Assembly: GCF_009914755.1 (NCBI RefSeq)
Contig: NC_060925.1
DNA length: 64,000 nt
Reading direction: 5' to 3' (one strand)
Origin: the human T2T-CHM13v2.0 reference genome, Homo sapiens
Each line of letters begins with the position of its first letter. The stretch's first letter is position 1. The translations under genes and the position numbers were made by a program. This document shows, one piece after another, positions 42,801-58,500 of the stretch. Under the pieces are notes generated by a model. It was not told the origin of the DNA. It saw only the letters and a program-made list of their open reading frames with translations, and ran no database searches.

Positions 42801-44385
42801 CCGAATGGAATCATCTAATGGAATGGAATGGAATAATCCATGGACTCGAATGCAATCATCATCGAATGGAATGGAATGGAATCATCGAATGGACTCGAAT
42901 GGAATAATCATTGAACGGAATCGAATGGAATCATCATCGGATGGAAACGAATGGAATCATCATCGAATGGAAATGAAAGGAGTCATCATCTAATGGAATT
43001 GCATGGAATCATCATAAAATGGAATCGAATGGAATCAACCTCAAATGGAATCAAATGGAATCATTGAACGGAATTGAATGGAATCGTCATCGAATGAATT
43101 GACTGCAATCATCGAATGGTCTCGAATGGAATCATCTTCAAATGGAATGGAATGGAATCATCGCATAGAATCGAATGGAATTATCATCGAATGGAATCGA
43201 ATGGAATCAACATCAAACGGAAAAAAACGGAATTATCGAATGGAATCGAAGAGAATCATCGAATGGACCCGAATGGAATCATCTAATGGAATGGAATGGA
43301 ATAATCCATGGACTCGAATGCAATCATCATCGAATGGAATCGAATGGAATCATCGAATGGACTCGAATGGAATAATCATTGAACGGAATCGAATGGAATC
43401 ATCATCGGATGGAAATGAATGGAATCATCATCGAATGGAATCGAATAGAATTATGGAATGAAATCCAGTGTGATCATCATCGAATGGACCCGAATGGAAT
43501 CATCATCCAACGGAAGCTAATGGAATCAACATCGAATGAATCGAATGGAAACACCATCGAATTGAAACGAATGGAATTATCATGAAATGGAAATGGATGG
43601 ACTCATCATCGAATGGATTCGAATGGAATCATCGAATAAAATTGATTGAAATCATCATCCAATGGAATCGAATGGTATCATTGAATGGAATCGAATGGAA
43701 TCATCATCAGATGGAAATGAATGGAATCGTCATAGAATGGAATCGAATGGATTCATTGAATGGAATCAGATGGAATCATCGAATGGACTGGAATGGAATC
43801 ATTGAATGGACTCGAAAGGGATCATGATTGTATGGAATTGAATGGAATCATCGAATGGTCTCGATTGGAATCATTATCAAATGGAATCGAATGGAATCAC
43901 CGAATAGAATCGAATGGAACAATCATCGAATGGACTCAAATGGAATTATCCTCAAGTGGAATCGAATGGAATTATCGAATGCAATCGAATGGAATTATCG
44001 AATGCAATCGAATAGAATCATCGAATGGACTCGAATGGAATCATCGAATGGAATGGAATGGAACAGTCAATGAACTCGAATGGAATCATCATTGAATGGA
44101 ATCGAATGGAATCATCGAGTGGAATCGAATGGAATTATGATCAAATGGAATCGAATGTAATCATCATCAAATGGAATCAAAAATAACCATCATCAATTGG
44201 TATTGAATGGAATTGTCATCAAATGGAATTCAAAGGAATCATCATCAAATGGAACCGATTGGAATCCTCATTGAATGGAAATGAAAGGGGTCATCATCTA
44301 ATGGAATCGCATGGAATCATCATCAAATGGAATCGAATGGAATCATCATCAAATGGAATCTAATGGAATCATTGAACAGAATTGA

Positions 44386-47300
44386 ATGGAATCGTCATCG
44401 AATGAATTGAATGCAATCATCGAATGGTCTCGAATGGAATCATCTTCTAATGGAAAGGAATGGAATCATCGCATAGAATCGAATGGAATTATCATCGAAT
44501 GGAATCGAATGGTATCAACACCAAACGGAAAAAAACGGAATTATCGAATGGAATCGAAGAGAATCTTCGAACGGACCCGAATGGAATCATCTAATGGAAT
44601 GGAATGGAATAATCCATGGACTCGAATGCAATCATCATCGAATGGAATCGAATGGAGTCATCGAATGGACTCGAATGGAATAATCATTGAACGGAATCGA
44701 ATGGAATCATCATCGGATGGAAACGAATGGAATCATCATCGAATGGAAATGAAAGGAGTCATCATCTAATGGAATTGCATTTAATCATCATAAAATGCAA
44801 TCGAATGGAATCAACATCAAATGGAATCAAATGGAATCATTGAACGGAATTGAATGGAATCGTCATCGAATGAATTGACTGCAATCATCGAATGGTCTCG
44901 AATGGAATCATCTTCAAATGGAATGGAATGGAATCATCGCATAGAATCGAATGGAATTATCATCGAATGGAATCGAATGGAATCAACATCAAACGGAAAA
45001 AAACAGAATTATCGTGTGGAATCTAAGAGAATCATCGAATGGACCCGAATGGAATCATCTAATGGAATGGAATGGAATAATCCATGGACTCGAATGCAAT
45101 CATCATCGAATGGAATCGAATGGAATCTTCGAATGGACTCGAATGGAATAATCATTGAACGGAATCGAATGGAATCATCATCGGATGGAAATGAATGGAA
45201 TCATCATCGAATGCAATCGAATAGAATTATGGAATGAAATCCAGTGTGATCATCATCGAATGGACCCGAATGGAATCATCATCCAACGGAAGCTAATGGA
45301 ATCAACATCGAATGAATCGAATGGAACCACCATCGAATTGAAACGAATGGAATTATCATGAAATTGAAATGGATGGACACATCATCGAATGGATTCGAAT
45401 GGAATCATCGAATAAAATTGATTGAAATCATCATCAAATGGAATCGAATGGTATCATTGAATGGAATCGAATGGAATCATCATCAGATGGAAATGAATGG
45501 AATCGTCATAGAATGGAATCGAATGGATTCATTGAATGGAATCAGATGGAATCATCGAATGGACTGGAATGGAATCATTGAATGGACTCGAAAGGGATCA
45601 TTATTGAATGGAATTGAATGGAATCATCGAATGGTCTCGATTGGAATCATTACCAAATGGAATCGAATGGAATCACCGAATAGAATCGAATGGAACAATC
45701 ATCGAATGGACTCAAATGGAATTATCCTCCAATGGAATCGAATGGAATTATCGAATGCAATCGAATGGAATTATCGAATGCAATCGAATAGAATCATCGA
45801 ATGGACTCGAATGGAATCATCGAATGGAATGGAATGGAACAGTCAATGAACTCGAATGGAATCATCATTGAATGGAATCGAATGGAATCATCGAGTGGAA
45901 TCGAATGGAATTATGATCAAATGGAATCGAATGTAATCATCATCAAATGGAATCAAAAATAACCATCATCAATTGGTATTGAATGGAATTGTCATCAAAT
46001 GGAATTCAAAGGAATCATCATCAAATGGAACCGAATGGAATCCTCATTGAATGGAAATGAAAGGGGTCATCATCTAATGGAATCGCATGGAATCATCATC
46101 AAATGGAATCGAATGGAATCATCATCAAATGGAATCTAATGGAATCATTGAACAGAATTGAATGGAATCGTCATCGAATGAATTGAATGCAATCATCGAA
46201 TGGTCTCGAATGGAATCATCTTCTAATGGAAAGGAATGGAATCATCGCATAGAATCGAATGGAATTATCATCGAATGGAATCGAATGGTATCAACACCAA
46301 ACGGAAAAAAACGGAATTATCGAATGGAATCGAAGAGAATCTTCGAACGGACCCGAATGGAATCATCTAATGGAATGGAATGGAATAATCCATGGACTCG
46401 AATGCAATCATCATCGAATGGAATCGAATGGAGTCATCGAATGGACTCGAATGGAATAATCATTGAACGGAATCGAATGGAATCATCATCGGATGGAAAC
46501 GAATGGAATCATCATCGAATGGAAATGAAAGGAGTCATCATCTAATGGAATTGCATGGAATCATCATAAAATGGAATCGAATGGAATCAACCTCAAATGG
46601 AATCAAATGGAATCATTGAACGGAATTGAATGGAATCGTCATCGAATGAATTGACTGCAATCATCGAATGGTCTCGAATGGAATCATCTTCAAATGGAAT
46701 GGAATGGAATCATCGCATAGAATCGAATGGAATTATCATCGAATGGAATCGAATGGAATCAACATCAAACGGAAAAAAACGGAATTATCGAATGGAATCG
46801 AAGAGAATCATCGAATGGACCCGAATGGAATCATCTAATGGAATGGAATGGAATAATCCATGGACTCGAATGCAATCATCATCGAATGGAATCGAATGGA
46901 ATCATCGAATGGACTCGAATGGAATAATCATTGAACGGAATCGAATGGAATCATCATCGGATGGAAATGAATGGAATCATCATCGAATGGAATCGAATAG
47001 AATTATGGAATGAAATCCAGTGTGATCATCATCGAATGGACCCGAATGGAATCATCATCCAACGGAAGCTAATGGAATCAACATCGAATGAATCGAATGG
47101 AAACACCATCGAATTGAAACGAATGGAATTATCATGAAATTGAAATGGATGGACTCATCATCGAATGGATTCGAATGGAATCATCGAATAAAATTGATTG
47201 AAATCATCATCCAATGGAATCGAATGGTATCATTGAATGGAATCGAATGGAATCATCATCAGATGGAAATGAATGGAATCGTCATAGGATGGAATCGAAT

Positions 47301-49500
47301 GGATTCATTGAATGGAATCAGATGGAATCATCGAATGGACTGGAATGGAATCATTGAATGGACTCGAAAGGGATCATTATTGAATGGAATTGAATGGAAT
47401 CATCGAATGGTCTCGATTGGAATCATTATCAAATGGAATCGAATGGAATCACCGAATAGAATCGAATGGAACAATCATCGAATGGACTCAAATGGAATTA
47501 TCCTCCAATGGAATCGAATGAAATTATCGAATGCAATCGAATGGAATTATCGAATGCAATCGAATAGAATCATCGAATGGACTCGAATGGAATCATCGAA
47601 TGGAATGGAATGGAACAGTCAATGAACTCGAATGGAATCATCATTGAATGGAATCGAATGGAATCATCGAGTGGAATCGAATGGAATTATGATCAAATGG
47701 AATCGAATGTAATCATCATCAAATGGAATCAAAAATAACCATCATCAATTGGTATTGAATGGAATTGTCATCAAATGGAATTCAAAGGAATCATCATCAA
47801 ATGGAACCGAATGGAATCCTCATTGAATGGAAATGAAAGGGGTCATCATCTAATGGAATCGCATGGAATCATCATCAAATGGAATCGAATGGAATCATCA
47901 TCAAATGGAATCTAATGGAATCATTGAACAGAATTGAATGGAATCGTCATCGAATGAATTGAATGCAATCATCGAATGGTCTCGAATGGAATCATCTTCT
48001 AATGGAAAGGAATGGAATCATCGCATAGAATCGAATGGAATTATCATCGAATGGAATCGAATGGTATCAACACCAAACGGAAAAATACGGAATTATCGAA
48101 TGGAATCGAAGAGAATCTTCGAACGGACCCGAATGGAATCATCTAATGGAATGGAATGGAATAATCCATGGACTCGAATGCAATCATCATCGAATGGAAT
48201 GGAATGGAATCATCGAATGGACTCGAATGGAATAATCATTGAACGGAATCGAATGGAATCATCATCGGATGGAAACGAATGGAATCATCATCGAATGGAA
48301 ATGAAAGGAGTCATCATCTAATGGAATTGCATGGAATCATCATAAAATGGAATCGAATGGAATCAACATCAAATGGAATCAAATGGAATCATTGAACGGA
48401 ATTGAATGGAATCGTCATCGAATGAATTGACTGCAATCATCGAATGGTCTCGAATGGAATCATCTTCAAATGGAATGGAATGGAATCATCGCATAGAATC
48501 GAATGGAATTATCATCGAATGGAATCGAATGGAATCAACATCAAACGGAAAAAAACGGAATTATCGAATGGAATCGAAGAGAATCATCGAATGGACCCGA
48601 ATGGAATCATCTAATGGAATGGAATGGAATAATCCATGGACTCGAATGCAATCATCATCGAATGGAATCGAATGGAATCATCGAATGGACTCGAATGGAA
48701 TAATCATTGAACGGAATCGAATGGAATCATCATCGGATGGAAATGAATGGAATCATCATCGAATGGAATCGAATAGAATTATGGAATGAAATCCAGTGTG
48801 ATCATCATCGAATGGACCCGAATGGAATCATCATCCAACGGAAGCTAATGGAATCAACATCGAATGAATCGAATGGAAACACCATCGAATTGAAACGAAT
48901 GGAATTATCATGAAATGGAAATGGATGGACTCATCATCGAATGGATTCGAATGGAATCATCGAATAAAATTGATTGAAATCATCATCCAATGGAATCGAA
49001 TGGTATCATTGAATGGAAACGAATGGAATCATCATCAGATGGAAATGAATGGAATCGTCATAGAATGGAATCGAATGGATTCATTGAATGGAATCAGATG
49101 GAATCATCGAATGGACTGGAATGGAATCATTGAATGGACTCGAAAGGGATCATTATTGAATGGAATTGAATGGAATCATCGAATGGTCTCGATTGGAATC
49201 ATTATCAAATGGAATCGAATGGAATCACCGAATAGAATCGAATGGAACAATCATCGAATGGACTCAAATGGAATTATCCTCCAATGGAATCGAATGGAAT
49301 TATCGAATGCAATCGAATGGAATTATCGAATGCAATCGAATAGAATCATCGAATGGACTCGAATGGAATCATCGAATGGAATGGAATGGAACAGTCAATG
49401 AACTCGAATGGAATCATCATTGAATGGAATCGAATGGAATCATCGAGTGGAATCGAATGGAATTATGATCAAATGGAATCGAATGTAATCATCATCAAAT
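44386..49500 (+). repeat. Dispersed copy of the about 3-monomer block 23078-28200 (offset 21308 = 12x1776-4)
   Basis: Same ordered rare variants in both blocks: GCATTTAATC, GGACACATC, AACCTC, CATAGGATGG, GAATGAAATTATC, GGAAAAATACGG, ATGAAATGGAAATGG. Confidence 0.85.
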
Positions 49501-52500
49501 GGAATCAAAAATAACCATCATCAATTGGTATTGAATGGAATTGTCATCAAATGGAATTCAAAGGAATCATCATCAAATGGAACCGAATGGAATCCTCATT
49601 GAATGGAAATGAAAGGGGTCATCATCTAATGGAATCGCATGGAATCATCATCAAATGGAATCGAATGGAATCATCATCAAATGGAATCTAATGGAATCAT
49701 TGAACAGAATTGAATGGAATCATCATCGAATGAATTGAATGCAATCATCGAATGGTCTCGAATGGAATCATCTTCTAATGGAAAGGAATGGAATCATCGC
49801 ATAGAATCGAATGGAATTATCATCGAATGGAATCGAATGGTATCAACACCAAACGGAAAAAAACGGAATTATCGAATGGAATCGAAGAGAATCTTCGAAC
49901 GGACCCGAATGGAATCATCTAATGGAATGGAATGGAATAATCCATGGACTCGAATGCAATCATCATCGAATGGAATGGAATGGAATCATCGAATGGACTC
50001 GAATGGAATAATCATTGAACGGAATCGAATGGAATCATCATCGGATGGAAACGAATGGAATCATCATCGAATGGAAATGAAAGGAGTCATCATCTAATGG
50101 AATTGCATGGAATCATCATAAAATGGAATCGAATGGAATCAACCTCAAATGGAATCAAATGGAATCATTGAACGGAATTGAATGGAATCGTCATCGAATG
50201 AATTGACTGCAATCATCGAATGGTCTCGAATGGAATCATCTTCAAATGGAATGGAATGGAATCATCGCATAGAATCGAATGGAATTATCATCGAATGGAA
50301 TCGAATGGAATCAACATCAAACGGAAAAAAACGGAATTATCGAATGGAATCGAAGAGAATCATCGAATGGACCCGAATGGAATCATCTAATGGAATGGAA
50401 TGGAATAATCCATGGACTCGAATGCAATCATCATCGAATGGAATCGAATGGAATCATCGAATGGACTCGAATGGAATAACCATTGAACGGAATCGAATGG
50501 AATCATCATCGGATGGAAATGAATGGAATCATCATCGAATGGAATCGAATAGAATTATGGAATGAAATCCAGTGTGATCATCATCGAATGGACCCGAATG
50601 GAATCATCATCCAACGGAAGCTAATGGAATCAACATCGAATGAATCGAATGGAAACACCATCGAATTGAAACGAATGGAATTATCATGAAATTGAAATGG
50701 ATGGACTCATCATCGAATGGATTCGAATGGAATCATCGAATAAAATTGATTGAAATCATCATCCAATGGAATCGAATGGTATCATTGAATGGAAACGAAT
50801 GGAATCATCATCAGATGGAAATGAATGGAATCGTCATAGAATGGAATCGAATGGATTCATTGAATGGAATCAGATGGAATCATCGAATGGACTGGAATGG
50901 AATCATTGAATGGACTCGAAAGGGATCATGATTGAATGGAATTGAATGGAATCATCGAATGGTCTCGATTGGAATCATTATCAAATGGAATCGAATGGAA
51001 TCACCGAATAGAATCGAATGGAACAATCATCGAATGGACTCAAATGGAATTATCCTCCAATGGAATCGAATGGAATTATCGAATGCAATCGAATGGAATT
51101 ATCGAATGCAATCGAATAGAATCATCGAATGGACTCGAATGGAATCATCGAATGGAATGGAATGGAACAGTCAATGAACTCGAATGGAATCATCATTGAA
51201 TGGAATCGAATGGAATCATCGAGTGGAATCGAATGGAATTATGATCAAATGGAATCGAATGTAATCATCATCAAATGGAATCAAAAATAACCATCATCAA
51301 TTGGTATTGAATGGAATTGTCATCAAATGGAATTCAAAGGAATCATCATCAAATGGAACCGAATGGAATCCTCATTGAATGGAAATGAAAGGGGTCATCA
51401 TCTAATGGAATCGCATGGAATCATCATCAAATGGAATCGAATGGAATCATCATCAAATGGAATCTAATGGAATCATTGAACAGAATTGAATGGAATCGTC
51501 ATCGAATGAATTGAATGCAATCATCGAATGGTCTCGAATGGAATCATCTTCTAATGGAAAGGAATGGAATCATCGCATAGAATCGAATGGAATTATCATC
51601 GAATGGAATCAAATGGTATCAACACCAAACGGAAAAAAACGGAATTATCGAATGGAATCGAAGAGAATCTTCGAACGGACCCGAATGGAATCATCTAATG
51701 GAATGGAATGGAATAATCCATGGACTCGAATGCAATCATCATCGAATGGAATGGAATGGAATCATCGAATGGACTCGAATGGAATAATCATTGAACGGAA
51801 TCGAATGGAATCATCATCGGATGGAAACGAATGGAATCATCATCGAATGGAAATGAAAGGAGTCATCATCTAATGGAATTGCATGGAATCATCATAAAAT
51901 GGAATCGAATGGAATCAACATCAAATGGAATCAAATGGAATCATTGAACGGAATTGAATGGAATCGTCATCGAATGAATTGACTGCAATCATCGAATGGT
52001 CTCGAATGGAATCATCTTCAAATGGAATGGAATGGAATCATCGCATAGAATCGAATGGAATTATCATCGAATGGAATCGAATGGAATCAACATCAAATGG
52101 AAAAAAACGGAATTATCGAATGGAATCGAAGAGAATCATCGAATGGACCCGAATGGAATCATCTAATGGAATGGAATGGAATAATCCATGGACTCGAATG
52201 CAATCATCATCGAATGGAATCGAATGGAATCATCGAATGGACTCGAATGGAATAATCATTGAACGGAATCGAATGGAATCATCATCGGATGGAAATGAAT
52301 GGAATCATCATCGAATGGAATCGAATAGAATTATGGAATGAAATCCAGTGTGATCATCATCGAATGGACCCGAATGGAATCATCATCCAACGGAAGCTAA
52401 TGGAATCAACATCGAATGAATCGAATGGAAACACCATCGAATTGAAACGAATGGAATTATCATGAAATTGAAATGGATGGACTCATCATCGAATGGATTC

Positions 52501-55500
52501 GAATGGAATCATCGAATAAAATTGATTGAAATCATCATCGAATGGAATCGAATGGTATCATTGAATGGAATCGAATGGAATCATCATCAGATGGAAATGA
52601 ATGGAATCGTCATAGAATGGAATGGAATGGATTCATTGAATGGAATCAGATGGAATCATCGAATGGACTGGAATGGAATCATTGAATGGACTCGAAAGGG
52701 ATCATGATTGAATGGAATTGAATGGAATCATCGAATGGTCTCGATTGGAATCATTATCAAATGGAATCGAATGGAATCACCGAATAGAATCGAATGGAAC
52801 AATCATCTAATGGACTCAAATGGAATTATCCTCCAATGGAATCGAATGGAATTATCGAATGCAATCGAATGGAATTATCGAATGCAATCGAATAGAATCA
52901 TCGAAAGGACTCGAATGGAATCATCGAATGGAATGGAATGGAACAGTCAATGAACTCGAATGGAATCATCATTGAATGGAATCGAATGGAATCATCGAGT
53001 GGAATCGAATGGAATTATGATCAAATGGAATCGAATGTAATCATCATCAAATGGAATCAAAAATAACCATCATCAATTGGTATTGAATGGAATTGTCATC
53101 AAATGGAATTCAAAGGAATCATCATCAAATGGAACCGAATGGAATCCTCATTGAATGGAAATGAAAGGGGTCATCATCTAATGGAATCGCATGGAATCAT
53201 CATCAAATGGAATCGAATGGAATCATCATCAAATGGAATCTAATGGAATCATTGAACAGAATTGAATGGAATCGTCATCGAATGAATTGAATGCAATCAT
53301 CGAATGGTCTCGAATGGAATCATCTTCTAATGGAAAGGAATGGAATCATAGCATAGAATCGAATGGAATTATCATCGAATGGAATCGAATGGTATCAACA
53401 CCAAACGGAAAAAAACGGAATTATCGAATGGAATCGAAGAGAATCTTCGAACGGACCCGAATGGAATCATCTAATGGAATGGAATGGAATAATCCATGGA
53501 CTCGAATGCAATCATCATCGAATGGAATCGACTGGAATCATCGAATGGACTCGAATGGAATAATCATTGAACGGAATCGAATGGAATCATCATCGGATGG
53601 AAACGAATGGAATCATCATCGAATGGAAATGAAAGAAGTCATCATCTAATGGAATTGCATGGAATCATCATAAAATGGAATCGAATGGAATCAACATCAA
53701 ATGGAATCAAATGGAATCATTGAACGGAATTGAATGGAATCGTCATCGAATGAATTGACTGCAATCATCGAATGGTCTCGAATGGAATCATCTTCAAATG
53801 GAATGGAATGGAATCATCGCATAGAATCGAATGGAATTATCATCGAATGGAATCGAATGGAATCAACATCAAACGGAAAAAAACGGAATTATCGAATGGA
53901 ATCGAAGAGAATCATCGAATGGACCCGAATGGAATAATCTAATGGAATGGAATGGAATAATCCATGGACTCGAATGCAATCATCATCGAATGGAATCGAA
54001 TGGAATCATCGAATGGACTCGAATGGAATAATCATTGAACGGAATCGAATGGAATCATCATCGGATGGAAATGAATGGAATCATCATCGAATGGAATCGA
54101 ATAGAATTATGGAATGAAATCCAGTGTGATCATCATCGAATGGACCCGAATGGAATCATCATCCAACGGAAGCTAATGGAATCAACATCGAATGAATCGA
54201 ATGGAAACACCATCGAATTGAAACGAATGGAATTATCATGAAATTGAAATGGATGGACTCATCATCGAATGGATTCGAATGGAATCATCGAATAAAATTG
54301 ATTGAAATCATCATCCAATGGAATCGAATGGTATCATTGAATGGAATCGAATGGAATCATCATCAGATGGAAATGAATGGAATCGTCATAGAATGGAATC
54401 GAATGGATTCATTGAATGGAATCAGATGGAATCATCGAATGGACTGGAATGGAATCATTGATTGGACTCGAAAGGGATCATTATTGAATGGAATTGAATG
54501 GAATCATCGAATGGTCTCGATTGGAATCATTATCAAATGGAATCGAATGGAATCACCGAATAGAATCGAATGGAACAATCATCAAATGGACTCAAATGGA
54601 ATTATCCTCCAATGGAATCGAATGGAATTATCGAATGCAATCGAATGGAATTATCGAATGCAATCGAATAGAATCATCGAATGGACTCGAATGGAATCAT
54701 CGAATGGAATGGAATGGAACAGTCAATGAACTCGAATGGAATCATCATTGAATGGAATCGAATGGAATCATCGAGTGGAATTGAATGGAATTATGATCAA
54801 ATGGAATCGAATGTAATCATCATCAAATGGAAACAAAAATAACCATCATCAATTGGTATTGAATGGAATTGTCATCAAATGGAATTCAAAGGAATCATCA
54901 TCAAATGGAACCGAATGGAATCCTCATTGAATGGAAATGAAAGGGGTCATCATCTAATGGAATCGCATGGAATCATCATCAAATGGAATCGAATGGAATC
55001 ATCATCAAATGGAATCTAATGGAATCATTGAACAGAATTGAATGGAATCGTCATCGAATGAATTGAATGCAATCATCGAATGGTCTCGAATGGAATCATC
55101 TTCTAATGGAAAGGAATGGAATCATCGCATAGAATCGAATGGAATTATCATCGAATGGAATCGAATGGTATCAACACCAAACGGAAAAAAACGGAATTAT
55201 CGAATGGAATCGAAGAGAATCTTCGAACGGACCCGAATGGAATCATCTAATGGAATGGAATGGAATAATCCATGGACTCGAATGCAATCATCATCGAATG
55301 GAATCGAATGGAATCATCGAATGGACTCGAATGGAATAATCATTGAACGGAATCGAATGGAATCATCATCGGATGGAAATGAATGGAATCATCATCGAAT
55401 GGAAATGAAAGGAGTCATCATCTAATGGAATTGCATGGAATCATCATAAAATGGAATCGAATGGAATCAACATCAAATGGAATCAAATGGAATCATTGAA

Positions 55501-58500
55501 CGGAATTGAATGGAATCGTCATCGAATGAATTGACTGCAATCATCGAATGGTCTCGAATGGAATCATCTTCAAATGGAATGGAATGGAATCATCGCATAG
55601 AATCGAATGGAATTATCATCGAATGGAATCGAATGGAATCAACATCAAACGGAAAAAAACGGAATTATCGAATGGAATTGAAGAGAATCATCGAATGGAC
55701 CCGAATGGAATCATCTAATGGAATGGAATGGAATAATCCATGGACTCGAATGCAATCATCATCGAATGGAATCGAATGGAATCATCGAATGGACTCGAAT
55801 GGAATAATCATTGAACGGAATCGAATGGAATCATCATCGGATGGAAATGAATGGAATCATCATCGAATGGAATCGAATAGAATTATGGAATGAAATCCAG
55901 TGTGATCATCATCGAATGGACCCGAATGGAATCATCATCCAACGGAAGCTAATGGAATCAACATCGAATGAATCGAATGGAAACACCATCGAATTGAAAC
56001 GAATGGAATTATTATGAAATTGAAATGGATGGACTCATCATCGAATGGATTCGAATGGAATCATCGAATAAAATTGACTGAAATCATCATCCAATGGAAT
56101 CGAATGGTATCATTGAATGGAATCGAATGGAATCATCATCAGATGGAAATGAATGGAATCGTCGTAGAATGAAATCGAATGGATTCATTGAATGGAATCA
56201 GATGGAATCATCGAATGGACTGGAATGGAATCATTGAATGGACTCGAAAGGGATCATGATTGAATGGAATTGAATGGAATCATCGAATGGTCTCGATTGG
56301 AATCATTATCAAATGGAATCGAATGGAATCACCGAATAGAATCGAATGGAACAATCATCGAATGGACTCAAATGGAATTATCCTCAAATGGAATCGAATG
56401 GAATTATCGAATGCAATCGAATGGAATTATCGAATGCAATCGAATAGAATCATCGAAAGGACTCGAATGGAATCATCGAATGGAATGGAATGGAACAGTC
56501 AATGAAGTCGAATGGAATCATCATTGAATGGAATCGAATGGAATCATCGACTGGAATCGAATGGAATTATGATCAAATGGAATCGAATGTAATCATCATC
56601 AAATGGAATCAAAAATAACCATCATCAATTGGTATTGAATGGAATTGTCATCAAATGGAATTCAAAGGAATCATCATCAAATGGAACCGAATGGAATCCT
56701 CATTGAATGGAAATGAAAGGGGTCATCATCTGATGGAATCGCATGGAATCATCATCAAATGGAATAGAATGGAATGATCATCAAATGGAATCTAATGGAA
56801 TCATTGAACAGAATTGAATGGAATCGTCATCGAATGAATTGAATGCAATCATCGAATGGTCTCGAATGGAATCTTCTTCTAATGGAAAGGAATGGAATCA
56901 TCGCATAGAATCGAATGGAATTATCATCGAATGGAATCGAATGGTATCAACACCAAACGGAAAAAAACGGAATTATCGAATGGAATCGAAGAGAATCTTC
57001 GAACGGACCCGAATGGAATCATCTAATGGAATGGAATGGAATAATCCATGGACTCGAATGCAATCATCATCGAATGGAATCGAATGGAATCATCGAATGG
57101 ACTCGAATGGAATAATCATTGAACGGAATCGAATTGAATCATCATCGGATGGAAATGAGTGGAATCATCATCGAATGGAAATGAAAGGAGTCATCATCTA
57201 ATGGAATTGCATGGAATCATCATAAAATGGAATCGAATGGAATCAACCTCAAATGGAATCAAATGGAATCATTGAACGGAATTGAATGGAATCATCATCG
57301 AATGAATTGACTGCAATCATCGAATGGTCTCGAATGGAATCATCTTCAAATGGAATGGAATGGAATCATCGCATAGAATCGAATGGAATTATCATCGAAT
57401 GGAATCGAATGGAATCAACATCAAACGGAAAAAAACGGAATTATCGAATGGAATCGAAGAGAATCATCGAATGGACCCGAATGGAATCATCTAATGGAAT
57501 GGAATGGAATTATCCATGGACTCGAATGCAATCATCATCGAATGGAATCGAATGGAATCATCGAATGGACTCGAATGGAATAATCATTGAACGGAATCGA
57601 ATGGAATCATCATCGGATGGAAATGAATGGAATCATCATCGAATGGAATCGAATAGAATTATGGAATGAAATCCAGTGTGATCATCATCGAATGGACCCG
57701 AATGGAATCATCATCCAACGGAAGCTAATGGAATCAACATCGAATGAATCGAATGGAAACACCATCGAATTGAAACGAATGGAATTATCATGAAATTGAA
57801 ATGGATGGACTCATCATCGAATGGATTCGAATGGAATCATCGAATAAAATTGATTGAAATCATCATCCAATGGAATCGAATGGTATCATTGAATGGAATC
57901 GAATGGAATCATCATCAGATGGAAATGAATGGAATCGTCATAGAATGGAATCGAATGGATTCATTGAATGGAATCAGATGGAATCATCGAATGGACTGGA
58001 ATGGAATCATTGAATGGACTCGAAAGGGATCATGATTGAATGGAATTGAATGGAATCATCGAATGGTCTCGATTGGAATCATTATCAAATGGAATCGAAT
58101 GGAATCACCGAATAGAATCGAATGGAACAATCATCGAATGGACTCAAATGGAATTATCCTCAAATGGAATCGAATGGAATTATCGAATGCAATCGAATGG
58201 AATTATCGAATGCAATCGAATAGAATCATCGAATGGACTCGAATGGAATCATCGAATGGAATGGAATGGAACAGTCAATGAACTCGAATGGAATCATCAT
58301 TGAATGGAATCGAATGGAATCATCGAGTGGAATCGAATGGAATTATGATCAAATGGAATCGAATGTAATCATCATCAAATGGAATCAAAAATAACCATCA
58401 TCAATTGGTATTGAATGGAATTGTCATCAAATGGAATTCAAAGGAATCATCATCAAATGGAACCGAATGGAATCCTCATTGAATGGAAATGAAAGGGGTC

